From: Tricharina praecox
Taxonomy: Eukaryota
Assembly (NCBI RefSeq): GCF_024521635.1
Contig: NW_026250405.1
Coordinates: 1,426,001 to 1,490,000, forward strand
Direction of reading: 5' to 3'
Length of the DNA: 64,000 nucleotides
The position numbers and the translations under genes were made by a program. The notes below the pieces were generated by a model that did not search any database, was not told the origin of the DNA, and worked only from the letters and a program-made list of their open reading frames with translations. Position 1 is the first letter of the stretch. Every line of letters begins with the position of its first letter. Positions 22,466-34,856 of this stretch are shown here, in pieces.

Positions 22466-25400
22466 TCTCGGAGTCGGGCGCGCCTTCTTTCTCTTCTCCT
22501 CCTCTTCTATGTATTCCCTTCCCTTCGATGGATGGCAGTCGTCATACGACACTGCTGCGTGCGTAACTAACTCCGATAGGCGGGCGGAAATCCGTATCTC
22601 CGAGCATGAGCATGAGGGGGGGGACTGGACTGGGTTGGATTGGCCCGCCCGTGGTCCGCGCGCGCGAGCCCAGAGGTGGTGGTGACGTGACGAGGACAGC
22701 ATGTCAGGGCGGTCGAGGTCGCTGTTGCGGCCGTGGCCGTGGGGCGCGCGGGCACCAGTCAGTGGTCACCGTACATATACTCTGTAGCCGACAGAGAGAG
22801 AGAGGGAAGCAATCTATTGTCGCATACGGGCAGTCGGTCGATTGGATGCTTCGCATATTCATCCTCTGGGAGAGTTTCCCGGCGCAGTGATCAACGCCCT
22901 CCTCCCCCCATCCATCCATCCATCCATCAATCAATCCCGCATCAATCCATCCATCAATCTGTAGAGAATCTATCGAGATCGGGAATCCTCAGGATTCACG
23001 AGCAAAGAGGCGAATATCTACTATATCTACTCTACTACAGTCTGCCGGTGCTAGTTGGTATACGGTAGATCCGCCATTTCCCCTCTTCCGTCCCACCTCC
23101 ATCTCCGCCGCTACGTACTGCTCTACTTTACCGTAGTCCTCTACCGTAGTAGTTACCGTAGGTAGTATGTGCTCGTTGTCATCGTTGTCGTCGGCGTTGT
23201 TGTCGTCGCTGTCGTTGTCATCGTCGTCGTCGTACATAGTCGTCGGTGTAGTGTACGGTATGTATGATACCTAAAGCACCCATGAGCTCGGCGATCGATC
23301 CCTTCCCTTCTCACTCCTCACTCCTCGCTCCACACATTGCGTGACCGTCCTCCCGACCATCCGCCCGTCCGTCCGCCCGCTGCGCAGCCCGCAGCCCGCA
23401 GGTCGAAGGCCGCAGTGCAGCCCGCAATGAAGGTTGAACTTTGCGGTTTCGGACTCTTGCATTTGCATGCATGCGGCGCCGGAGTGTGCGAACGGGAAGG
23501 ACACAAGGCCCGACTCAACTTGCGTGCATGCATGCTCGAGCCGGAGTGTGCGAACGGGAGGACTCAAGACACAAGGCCCGCATGCTCGAGCCGCTCGCTT
23601 CGATAACTTTTTTTCATCCTCAAACCCCAGCTGGCTGTTGGCAAGCAAGCATGGTGGCGAATCCCAATTTCCACGACGTGTTATGGATTTGAAGTCGAAG
23701 GGGGCGTCCGGGGTTGTGGACGGGCTTCCTGGGGTAAGTACTAGGTAGGGTGGATGCTGGTGACTGGATGGGTGTGCGCGGGACTGGAACCGTGGCGGGA
23801 CTGCGGCTGGAGCTGTGGCTGCAGCTGGGACGGCGAGTTATCTAATCATATCTGCAGCATCATAGGCGCGTATGTAAGCAATCGCCACAGCTGTGAGAAC
23901 CGAAGCAACACTGCGCGCACATGCTTGCAAACGAGTTACGAAATGGGACAGCTTGGGCTTAGCGCGGCGGCGAGCTGGAGTCGGGGGCGAGTGAGACTGT
24001 GAGAGGTACCGCATGTGTGTATGTTGGCCTGCTCGCGATCAATCGCGGGGTTTGTAGATACCAGGAAACTGACATTCAATGAAGATTCCCACCTACTACC
24101 TACCAGTCTGTTTACCGGCAGCGTTCAAATTCCCACTCTAATCTCGCAAATGATACTGCTACTGCCTATCGGTATACGGGAGGATCGGTCTCTGGATTCT
24201 GGATTGGTGTCGCGGAAATATAACATCGGCGGATACCGAAACCGCCGGCTCCGCGTGGCAGTTCCTCTGGAATACATACCGGTACTCTCCGATTGCTGAG
24301 CACCGACACCATTGCGCTCTTCGGAACGCAGCAGGTTCGGATGTGAGTACCTAAGGCGGTACATACAGTACCCGGTGTCTCGACTCTCGCTTGTGTCGTG
24401 TTCCAACTTCGAACTTCGGCTTCCTGGTCTCCATCCTGTATGTGCCGGAAAGCTGCGCTTTACCAGCACATACACACTCGGTCCAACACACCAGTCGTGA
24501 GCACTGAGACTTCCACGGAAACAAACGCTCTCCAATGTCCATCACACGAACTGCTACGATGAAAAGGACAAACCCTCGCTCGGTCGTGCCACGTGTGGTG
24601 GAAACGGCTGTCTACAGATTCTCCAGCAAGCAAAACTTAGCAAAATGTTTTCTTCGAGAGTCTACATGAAGGCTGAAGCATACCTACGGTTCTACGAGTC
24701 TACGAGTTTATGTACGACGATGGTGCTTGGTTGGATGATGTCAGACTCGTGTTACCGAACGGGGTCGGAATTGAGGCGTGACGATTGGCTGGCTGGTAAT
24801 CTCATTCTTGTGGGGGGTTGCTGGCGAGTTGCACTCCAATGGGCAATGAGAGCTGTGGATTGAGTGTGGATGCCTCTGTACTGTGCTGACATTAATATGG
24901 ACTCCTGATCTGCAGTGTTTACGTTATGTACCAGATGACTCGTTTTAGGGGCGACGGTATCGGGTGGAAATGCCCAAACCATGTGAGAATACCAAGACTT
25001 CATCCTGCATTCCCACAAAGAAAACCGCATTGATACCACGGAATTGAGTCCAATGGATATGGACTTCAGTAGACACCGTAAGTATGTAAACCTTCATCGA
25101 AATCACCGGTTCTTCACTGGGTGTTTTTAGTTTTTCTTCACGCAATCGAGTGATATCTTGTGGGCTCGGTACGCTCCCTTACCCCTCATCTGAGCCGAAG
25201 CCCCGGAGATCCCGAGCCCCCCTCCACCCCCTCCCACCCGCTTATAGAGTAGTCTCCCGAAGCCGCCCCAGCATGGCATTGGTGCCCGCTCTGGAAAACT
25301 CACCTCATCTCTCCGGCTCAAAGTAATGGTCCCGATCATATTCTATTCTAGAACTCAAGGAACATGTCTCTGCTGCCACGCCCGGCGCCCCTTCCTTCCC

Positions 25401-25930
25401 CCCTCCCGTCATAATCGTTCGTCATTGTCCGCGTCCCGCCCAATAACAGCTTCCCGGAACCCGGTTTCAGCATGCTCGTTCATTCATTCATTGATTCGGG
25501 CGGCTAAAAGCACAACAACAGTAGGAGCAGGAGTAGGAGTAGGAGCAGGAGCAGGAGCAGGAGCACGCAACCAAAAAAAATGAAAAAATAAATACAATGC
25601 TCTTGCTTATTGGTGCTGTGTACAATGTATATCGAAGGGTAGAGTCGGTGGTTGGTTGACTTGGTGGTGCAGTGAGCGCGTGGGTCTTTCTTTCTTCCTA
25701 CCACCACCACCCTCTCTACTTCCCCGCCAACCAGCTACTGATTGGTCTGTGAACAACGCACCTAACCATCACCACCCAGCACCACCACCTCCATCACCCG
25801 CAACCACCACTTCGCACCCTCCCCATCTTCAACATCACCATCCCACCATCGTCGCCCCGCCCCCCTCGGAAACTAAATCCCCCCCATCTCCATCATCACA
25901 ATTCCTCATCCCCGACAGCTATCGCCCGTC

Positions 25931-26561
25931 ATGCTCCCCCAGCAGCGCAACAAGGTCGATATCAACGTGAGTTATCGCACCCTACCCCCGCCCACAACCC
26001 ACCACCACTACCATTACCACAACCCACCGCCACCACAACCACCGCCACCACCACAATGAACCCCTCAACTAACGTATACCGCAATCCAGTCGCTGTCCGC
26101 CGAGGAGCAGCGCCTCTTCCGTCTGTACGGCAAACTCCCGTCCAAGCGCGATATCCTCCAGAACAAGCTCAAGGTAGGTAACGCTCAATCCCGTTCGCTC
26201 GTGCACCTCCGCATACTAGCCCACCCCGTCCCTCTCACAGGAACGTAAATACTTCGATTCGGGCGACTACGCACTCTCGAAAGCCGGCAAGGCCAGCGAC
26301 GTCGGCGTAACCAACATCGGCAGCCAGCACCCGCTGCCCGAGAACATCCCGCACATCCACAGCACGCCGACGCCCGGCAGCAAGGCGGGCGAGGTCGGCT
26401 CGCCCATCAAGGAGCACACGCACCTGCACTCGTCGCCGATGGCGAGCGAGGAGCCCGTTACCGCCGAGGAGCTGGAGCGTGAGCAGCAGCAGGAGGAGGA
26501 GCTGGCCGCCGAGAAGAAGGTCGAGGTCGATGAGAAGGAGAAGGCTAAGACTGAGGCGTGA
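25931..26561 (+). CDS. IGO1: Endosulfine/ARPP-19 family protein (Igo1/2), ~146 aa, 3 exons
   Basis: Exons 25931-25966, 26090-26173 and 26241-26561. Motifs: LYGKLP and ERKYFDSGDYAL (Greatwall/Rim15 phospho-site). Confidence 0.95.
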
Positions 26562-28153
26562 GCTTATCGGGGCTGGATGGGATGGGATGGGGCGGGATGG
26601 GATCGGTTGGGATCGCTGGGATGAAATGACATGGCATGGTGTGGCGCGCGGAAAGGAGGTTTCTTTTTACTCTTCTTCGTTGACCAGACCGATCAGATGA
26701 GATGGGCCGTATTTTCACGCACATGCTCTAAACGAAACGCATCCACATCTACATCTACATCCACATCCCCCATCTCCCCCTTCCCCCATTCCCCCCCTCC
26801 TTCCCCTTCACCTCCTCCTCATTTTCCCCCGCATACACACGCATGCACACACGCAGATATACAACATACTCGGTCATTACAGTAGTTTACGCGAGCAAGG
26901 CAAGCAAGCGCGTTTTCGTCGTTGTTTCTGGCGTTGAGGGGTTTAGTTTTTAGTTTTCAGTTTCGATTCGATGTGGGGAGGAGGGAGCTGCTGGCGACAA
27001 TGTGCCGACTCTGTTACCTATGTTTCTTCTTCTTCTTCTTCTTCTTCTTCTTCTTGTTCTTGTTGTCCTTGTTCTTCTGATTATTCTTGTTCTTCTTCTT
27101 GTTTTCTATTCATTTGTTTCGAATTTCCAACACAAGCACAAGGAGGATCTGCTGCTGCTGCTGCTGCTGGGTGGATGACTTGACTTGATTTTATGTTCTC
27201 TTTTTTTTGTCGTGTCGTGTGTCTATGTGTCTTTTCTCGTCTCGTCGTGGAATTATTGTTATCTACTGTTAGGTACTACTTCTTAGGTACTCACTCTCCC
27301 ATTGCTTCCTTGCTGTATTGCTGTAGGTATATGTATCTGCCAGGTTCATCTACCTATTCTGGTCTCGTCGTCCCTTCCAGGTTCGTCCGCTCAGGTGCGA
27401 GTTCGAGTTTATTCGAGTTCAAGTTCGAGTTCGCAAGTAATTGGAACGTGTGACGAAGAAGGGCGTGCCTCAATTCGACCCTAACTTTAGAACTGTAGAA
27501 CTGGGGAGGTGATAGCCACTGAGAGGTGGGCAGTGGGCAAGTGAGTGCTGCACAGCACCAGTGCACCAGCAACAGCTTCGGCGGTGGGCTTTTGGGCTTT
27601 TGGGTTTTTGAGATTGTGGGATGCGGTCGATCGGGCAGATCAGCTTTACTCTACGTACAGCTGCATCACTGCATCGTGGGTTACGGTAGTACCACCGTTG
27701 CGGAGAAGGAGAAGGAATATCACTCCAGTCTTTGGGTAGGTATATAGACGTGACGTGACGAAGATACCGTATGTACCAGCTGTACTCTCTTCTTCTCTAC
27801 ATAGATGATAGGGGAGGGGAGCGGAGGGTAAATCTACCAGTCATTTTTGTTTGAACATTGAACATTGAATGAACATTCTCAAGACGTCGTAGGTATATAA
27901 TATGCACCCAGCTCCGATCGAGCTCTACTCATATCCCGCTCCAGCTCGTGCGTCCCTCTCTGTCACTCCCCGTCACGTTGCGCAGCAATGGAAATGATGA
28001 TGGTCTGGTCCCCAGTGTTCCGATGACTTCTTTCATTTATTTTTTCGCGAAGTTGATTTTTTGGATTACCATTTGCGAAACCATCACCGAGAGAAAAAAA
28101 AAGCCAGTCCCGTCGTCCCACGCCCGATCTCCACAGCCACAGCCACCGCACGC

Positions 28154-29021
28154 TTAAGCATCAGCAGGAGCGGGGCGACCACGACCGAAGCCACCACGGC
28201 TGTTGAACCAAAATCAGTATTCCATTGTTTTCAAAAGATGGGTTGGACAGGGAGAGGAAACTCACAACTCGGGCTTGAACTCTCCGGGAGCTCCACCCTC
28301 CTTTCCGGCGCCACCGGGACCATCACGTCGCCTGTAACCGCCCTCGCGGTCGCCACGGTCACCACCCTCGCGGCGGGGACGACGGTCGCCTCCGGTCATG
28401 CCGGAGGGAGGGATGTTGTTGCGGGCGGCCTTGACGTGCGTGGCGGGCACGATCTCGGCGGGCAAGTGCAGCCACTCGCGGAGGTAGCTGAGACCGGCCT
28501 CCGTCAAAGTGTAGTAGTAGTACTGCCACGAGAACTGCGTCTTGACGAAGCCGCGCGAGGTGAGCGACTGGCAGGCCTTGATCACCTATTTGTTGTCGCT
28601 GGTGTTAGCGGACGTGTCCTATTCCATCCATCTGTCGAAAGAGAGAGCTGCTGGGTGGGACGGACGAAGAGGTTCTTGGTGTCGATCTCGCCGTGCTTGG
28701 GCAGGTTGAAGTCCTTCTTGGCGACGAGGACTCCCTCGCGGAAGAGGTACTCATGGATGAGCTTGCGGTCGGCCTTAGGAATGAGCCTGTACGGAGCAAT
28801 GCACATCAGCCCATGCCCTCTAACTGTCCTCCATTCCTCCCTCCCTCGCTATCACAACACAATGGCAGGACAGCTATCCCCAATCCCCAGATCTAGATAG
28901 CCCCCTCCTCTTCCCCCCCAACCCAATTCCCGCCTCCGCCACCCTCCAACTCGCGCACCCCCCTCCTCCTCCCCTCCCTCCTCCCTAGAGCTTCGGGAGA
29001 AAACAAAAAAAACACGTACAT
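28154..29021 (-). CDS. RPS10: 40S ribosomal protein eS10, ~162 aa, 4 coding exons
   Basis: Coding exons 29021-29020 (AT), 28786-28666, 28585-28266 and 28199-28154. Sequence [53 protein letters not shown]. Confidence 0.95.
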
Positions 29022-29927
29022 GATTGCGACTCGTGTAGCGTCAACTGGCGGTCGGTCGATCTGTCGGGCGGTCGGTCGTCGGTCGGTCGGTCGTGGGGTC
29101 GTGCGTGGGGTTTGTCGTTTTGGGCTGCTCTCGCGATATTACGATTTAGCTCCCAAGCGTTTCGTTGATGTTCTGGCGGCACCCTGGCCCACCACCCGGT
29201 TTGTGGGTTTGTGGGCCGCCGGCCTTGACTGGGATTTTTCCGCTAAAAGGGGGGTTGAGCCCTTACGCTAGGGTGAGAGGTGTGGCGCTACTAGCATGGT
29301 AAATGCTGCTTTCAGCCGCATCGAGAGTCACTCACGAGGGAGGAAAGAAAGAAAGTTCTCAACATGTAGAGTTTGTACATGCAACGTTCGCCATAATAGT
29401 CTATGCTAGAAAGGCTATATGCAAAGCAATTGATACTTTCGCTCCCTCCCTCTCTCTCTACCCACTACATACTGCGACTTTCACGCATGGGATTGTCAAC
29501 ATGTCGACACTGGCTACCAAAGAAATTCGTGCAAGTATGTAATATCAAACTAACAACCTCTCGAACCGTCGAACGCCAAAGGAAAGCAAAGGAAAGCAAT
29601 CAATCAAGCAAGCAAGCACAAGCAAGTAAGCAAGCAACAGAGTCCAGTCCGATCCCGCCGCACCCCCATCCCCCATCCATTTCCTTCCATCCATGCGTAA
29701 GTAAGTCCTGTCCTGTCATCTACAAACCAACAAACAAAACGTAAAGAACAAGTGTAAAGGAAAAAAAGATACGAGAAACGAAACTGCCAATGCCAATCTC
29801 TTCGAATCTATGGTCCGGTCCCTCTATGAATTCGAAGTGTTATTGTTCCCAAATTGATTTGAACGAATCCATGCCATGCCATGCTATCCACCGACCTCTC
29901 CACTATATAGCAGTACGGGCTATGGCT

Positions 29928-31977
29928 CTACAGTTTGGCCTTGACGACCTCGCCGTTGTTGTTGTCCTTCTCCTTCTTTTGGTCCTTGGGAGGCGGGGAC
30001 TGCTTGGAGATTGCCGTGGCCTCTTCGTTGACCTCGACGTTGCCGCTCTTGTCGCCCTCGCCGAAGAAGATGACTTCGACGGTTAGGTCGTCCCTGTAAC
30101 ATCTGGTTAGAACCCGGTATTATTTGAAGATGGTAAAAAGAAAAAGACACATACCTGTAACGCCTGGAGTACGGGCTCGGAAGCGTCAGGAGCGCACACA
30201 GCATCTCCGAATTTTTCCCGCCGAGGGCGTTCCTGACGACGTGCGTAGCCGCGTTCTTATCCTCGCAGACGAACCTCTCGTCCTCCTTCTTGACCCCCCA
30301 CTGGCGGATCCTCACGGGAGCGCGCTGGCCGGAGGTGTCCTCGGCCTGACTCTCCTCGACCGGGAGGACCTCGGGCTCCTTTTTCCCGCCGAACCACCCA
30401 CCGAACCAGCCCGCGCTCTTCTTGCCGTTAGCGGGAACGCTATTGCTGCTAGCTCCGGCCGCCTGCGCAGCCGCCTGCGCCGCCGCCGCCGCCTTCTGCT
30501 CCTCGATCCACTTGCCGACGAGGCCGACGACCTCCTCGTTCGTGAGCATTTCCCACAATCCGTCGGTAGCCATGACCAGGAAGTCGCCGTTCTGCGGCTC
30601 GATCTTGGTGGTAGTGATGACGGGTTCCGCGGTGACGTACGGCGGCGTCTTCAGATGCGGGTGGGGATTGCGGCCAAAGAACTGGCTCTTGAGCTTCGTC
30701 TGCGTTTCGTAGGACCACTTGTAGAACGCGTCGCCGAAGGCCCGCGTCGGCTCCAGTCCTCCCAGCACACGGCCGTTGCGGATCACGCCGTCTTCGCCCG
30801 GGTGCTCCGCGCGGATCCGCTTCTCCTCCGACTTGGTGGAGCCGGTCTGGTCGTCCGACAGCGGGGTGGCCGTCCACTTCCCGTTCTGGCCCATCCTGCC
30901 CAGCACCGCCCTGCTATCGCCCGTGACGGCGACCTTGAGCATCTGCGAGCGAGACTCGTAGAACGCCAGGAGCGCGCAGGAGCCGGAGAGCGCCGGGGCA
31001 AGCGTTTCTGCCGCTACAAGCTTCGACGAGCTCTTGAACACCTTCTCCACGCTCTCGTTCACAATCTCGTTGTCCAGCTTCATGAACCCGTTCTTGATCG
31101 CCTGATCGATGACATCCTGCGCGGGTGCCTTCTGCGACGGGTCCGCGATAGCCGCCTTATACGTTGCGTGCAGCTCCCTGGCCACAAACGCGATGAGCAC
31201 CTGCCTCAGCTTCGCGCTGGTGGTCCACCCCGAGTGTCCATCGAAGACACCCCAGAACATCCAATCGGTGCTGCCCGGCACCCCCTCCTCCGTCACCGCG
31301 GCCTCGGGGATCTCGATTATCTTCTCAGCGTGGTCATCCTCGATGGGATCGTTACTGGGGATCTGCACGACGTCGTAGCGGAAGACGCCGCGGCCGCGGT
31401 TTACCAGGTAGCTCTCCTCATTGCGCCGCAGCTTCTTCGTCGCCTCCTCCGGTGACAGCATTTCTACCACTTTGCGTCCAGACGCGGACTCCTTGCTGAT
31501 CGGCACAGACGCCGGCTGCGTCCCCGTGTAGATCCCCGCGTTGTCGACCGCCAGAATGCGTTTTCCTTCGGGAGACGCTGCGGGTGCTGCGTTTGAATTG
31601 GTGGCGGCGGCAGAGGTGGAGGTGGAGGTGGAACTGGAGGCGAGGGCGACGGGCTCGCGACGTGGAGATGGCTGCGTAAGCGCCGTTAGGGAGTCGCGAT
31701 AGTACCAGGCCCCCGTCAAGATGAGACCGCTGAGTAGAGCAACCGTGACTTTGCGCCAGTTCATGGACGAGCCGCCACTACCGCCGTCGCTTGGGGTCGG
31801 GGTCTGGCCGGACGAGGAGGGTATCGCAGACGAAGATGAAGCAGATGAAGACGATGATCGAGAAGATCGTAGCACGTTCAGAGCATAACGGTTACGGGGA
31901 GCTGCGGCGCGGAAGACGGTGGGGTTGCGGAGCAGCAGGCGGACGGCGGCGGAGCGGTAGGTTGGGGGGATAGGCAT
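29928..31977 (-). CDS. PTC5: PP2C-family phosphatase, Ptc5 / pyruvate dehydrogenase phosphatase type, ~662 aa, 2 exons
   Basis: Presequence plus TM segment; motifs SNDPIEDD, WGVFDGHSG, TGDSRA, RAFGD and MATDGLWE. Intron 30154-30094 restores RYRDDLTVEVIFF and gives the C-terminus ...VVKAKL*. Confidence 0.92.
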
Positions 31978-33351
31978 GGTCGCTGGTGAAGGGACGGGGG
32001 ACGGGGGACGGGGGACGGGGGGGAGAGGGCCACCCGTTGACTGATGCCTGCTCGTTCGTTCGTCGCTTCTTGCTTGCTTGCCGATTAGTCGGTTTCAATG
32101 GTTGCTATGGGCGGGTTAATCGCTGGGTTTGATTATGGTGTTGGGTACGTCGAGCAGTGGGAACGGGCTTGGCAGCAACCGCAACAACACCAGGTCTACG
32201 TCTACGTCAATCTTTGCGCACCTGTATTTGCTCTCAAGAGCAGATCAAAAACAAGATGGAGTCGTCTATAGCAAACACCAGTCATCCACTGTCACAGCCA
32301 TGGTCACTCACTGTTACAGTGTTACCGCCGACCATCCAGAGTCCAGCCACGCCGCCAGAAGTGACCACTGGCCACGAGCAAGGGGGCGCCGGCTGGGGGC
32401 GTTTGTTGTTCGGTGATCATAGGTATCGATAGATATCAGCACTACCCACTCTGGGGTATGTAGCCGAGGCAGTCAAACCGCCCATGATCGACCAATCATG
32501 TGACGATTCGTATAAGACGAGAAGGAAGTCTCCGAAGACAACGATCTGATCTGAGTAGAACGAAAGACCAGATGTGCACTTTACGTAGAGTAGGTAGGTG
32601 CATACATGGCAGGATGCACACACACACGCGAAACTCACTACCTACATCATACATATCAGAGCAGAAGCTGAAGTGACATTCCATGACCGACCGACCCCGA
32701 CGACCCCGTATCGACGCAGCGATGCAGTGACCGACTTGCAGTTATGCATACCTATGCATACTTGTTACCTGGAACAGTCTCAGAGTCTCAGACAGTTTGG
32801 AACCGAGTGTGTTCGAGCATGGGGGAGGGGGGGAATGGGGGGGGGATCGACATCTACACACATTAGGTACATACATTTTCAGCTGATCGAACGGTGGTCC
32901 GACTTACCCACGCTATTACCCCGGTAGGTGAACCCCTAGTGGTGTACTGGTACTACAGTCTACAACGTAGGACAGGCAGACAGACTCGTCGCGACTACTA
33001 GGTAATAGGTAGCAAGGAGAAGTGTGGTACAGTTTTGTCTATCATCAGGAAGATGTCCGAAGGCGACTGCGGCATCGAGGAGTTGAAGGCTCAGCTCAAC
33101 GCAGCTTCACTTGTGATCTACATACAAGCCGTTTCACCCACAATTATTCACTATCCCATGTCATTCGACGTCGATTCCGAATCTCTAAATGCTTTGCCCC
33201 TTCCCACAGAGGAGCCTTATATCGACACATCGCGATAACGATCCCAAATGACTCCCATATTGATATAACCCCAGCCAACACAACACGCCTCTCTCGCACG
33301 CCTCTCACACACGCATACACCTCACACATACATATACACCCCCACTCCAAA

Positions 33352-34856
33352 TCATGCAAAATCCATCTTCATTGACGAGGTACCGTGCCAAGTGCCCGAG
33401 CTCGTCCGCCGGTGGCGTTTTTCGTCTTCGTTGTCGTTGTTGTTGTTGTTGTTGCCGTTGCCGTTGCCAAGCTCCCCATCTTCCCCATCTCCATCTTCGT
33501 AGTAGGAGTCTTCGTAAAAGTCCTCCACCGAGCCATCACTTGGAACCTGATTCAAAAAAACCAAGGCATCAGTGTATCTATTCAAAAAACATGATCATCA
33601 GACTGCATCATCCCCACCAACTACAACATCCCCACCACCCACCTCGAGCAGGGCAACACCGGCCATCTCACCGCCCGGAGAGCACCTCTGAACAGCAACA
33701 GCAACAGCAACGTTGTACGCACCTACCTCATCCTCCGGCTCGTCATCATCGTCTAGAACCTCCCTTCCGAGGCCGAGCGACAGCCGCAGTCGCTGGTGTC
33801 TCGATTCGTAGTCGGACGGCACGAGCTGCTTCGCCTCCAGCATGGCGTTCTGCCGCGTTGCCAACTCCGTTGGCGTTATCTGTCCTGTGCGTGCCGCCTC
33901 GTCCAATATCTCGTCGTTGAGCGTGACAAGCGCGTCCAAAAACTCCGGTGCGTCGGAGACCATGAGGACCGTGGAATGCTCGAGGCTCCGGCAGAGCGAG
34001 ATGGGCTCGCGTCCCGGCTCGTTGGGCGGGTATGCGGTGACTGCCAGCTAGGATTTAGCAAGTCGTCCCTCGTCGTCGATAGTGTTGCTCCTCGCCGGCG
34101 GGAGCACACAAACCTCGCATCTTGACCACGCCCTCCTCATCCTCCTGCAGCCACCAGCGGCGATTATGCAGCGGTATGCCAGAGACCCAAACGGCGAGTC
34201 TCTCGGCGGTGAACTCGATCAGGGCGTGTGGATCCTCTACGCCGACCAGGTCGCGATCCTCCAGGTGGTGTTTGAAATAGACCATCCACGGCCCGCCGAT
34301 CAGGTCTTCGTCGCGCTTCAACCACGGCTCCTGCGCCACCCGCTGCAGCTCGCGGTACGCGCGGAACCACCCGTCGTGGCTCAGCGAGAACGACCACGTC
34401 CGCGGCGGGATCGCCGCCACGTCGCTCAGCGCTGCGAACACGGGCACCACGTCGGACAGCAGGCACCGCCGCCAGTGGATGTTCGCCGTGGCCAGGTCGC
34501 GAAGCCGCACCGACGTCGACCGAACGCGGACTAGTTCCGACGCGGTGAGACTCGATAGAACGCAGTGGAGCACTGCGTGGAGTTACTCGGTTAGTGAGGC
34601 TCTTGTAGAGTACATAGTAGTTATGTACAGGTGTGCGATTTTTTTGCTTTGTAGCCGCGGCAAAGGTAAAGGTAGAGGTAAAGGAGGAGGAGTAGAAGGA
34701 GGAGGGATTGGAATTACCGCTGCAAATGCAACGACAACCGCAGACAAGCTACTCAGCAGCCCAACCCAGCTGTTCAGGTCAGGTTGGACCCCAGGGGTGC
34801 GGATTGGGATGTATACCTTCCAACGGAAGACTCTCGAGAAGCAATGTAGTCGGCAT
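33352..34856 (-). CDS. F-box protein with unrecognised C-terminal region (3' exon structure uncertain)
   Basis: Exon 34856-34817 spliced to 34572-34114 gives LESLPLEVLHCVLSSLTASELVRVRSTSVRLRDLA...W (F-box). The next exon, from 34040, joins ORF 33963-33598. The acidic last exon near 33575-33352 is not resolved. Confidence 0.7.

Noticed and set aside
24015..25145. Several short ORFs between SIW14 and IGO1
   Set aside because: No recognisable motif or consistent exon chain; cannot be supported as a gene
25478..25496. GTTCATTCATTCATTGATT resembling the reverse complement of the retroposon tail
   Set aside because: Lacks the TCTAGAT core and a TSD; explained by a (TTCA)n microsatellite
28890..28901. 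GATCTAGATAGC match to the retroposon core inside the RPS10 intron
   Set aside because: Only 12 nt, with no GCATGC, tail or flanking duplication; likely chance
30124..31455. 443-aa plus-strand ORF (similar antisense ORFs at 9846, 46568 and 61814)
   Set aside because: Antisense shadows of GC3-rich real genes
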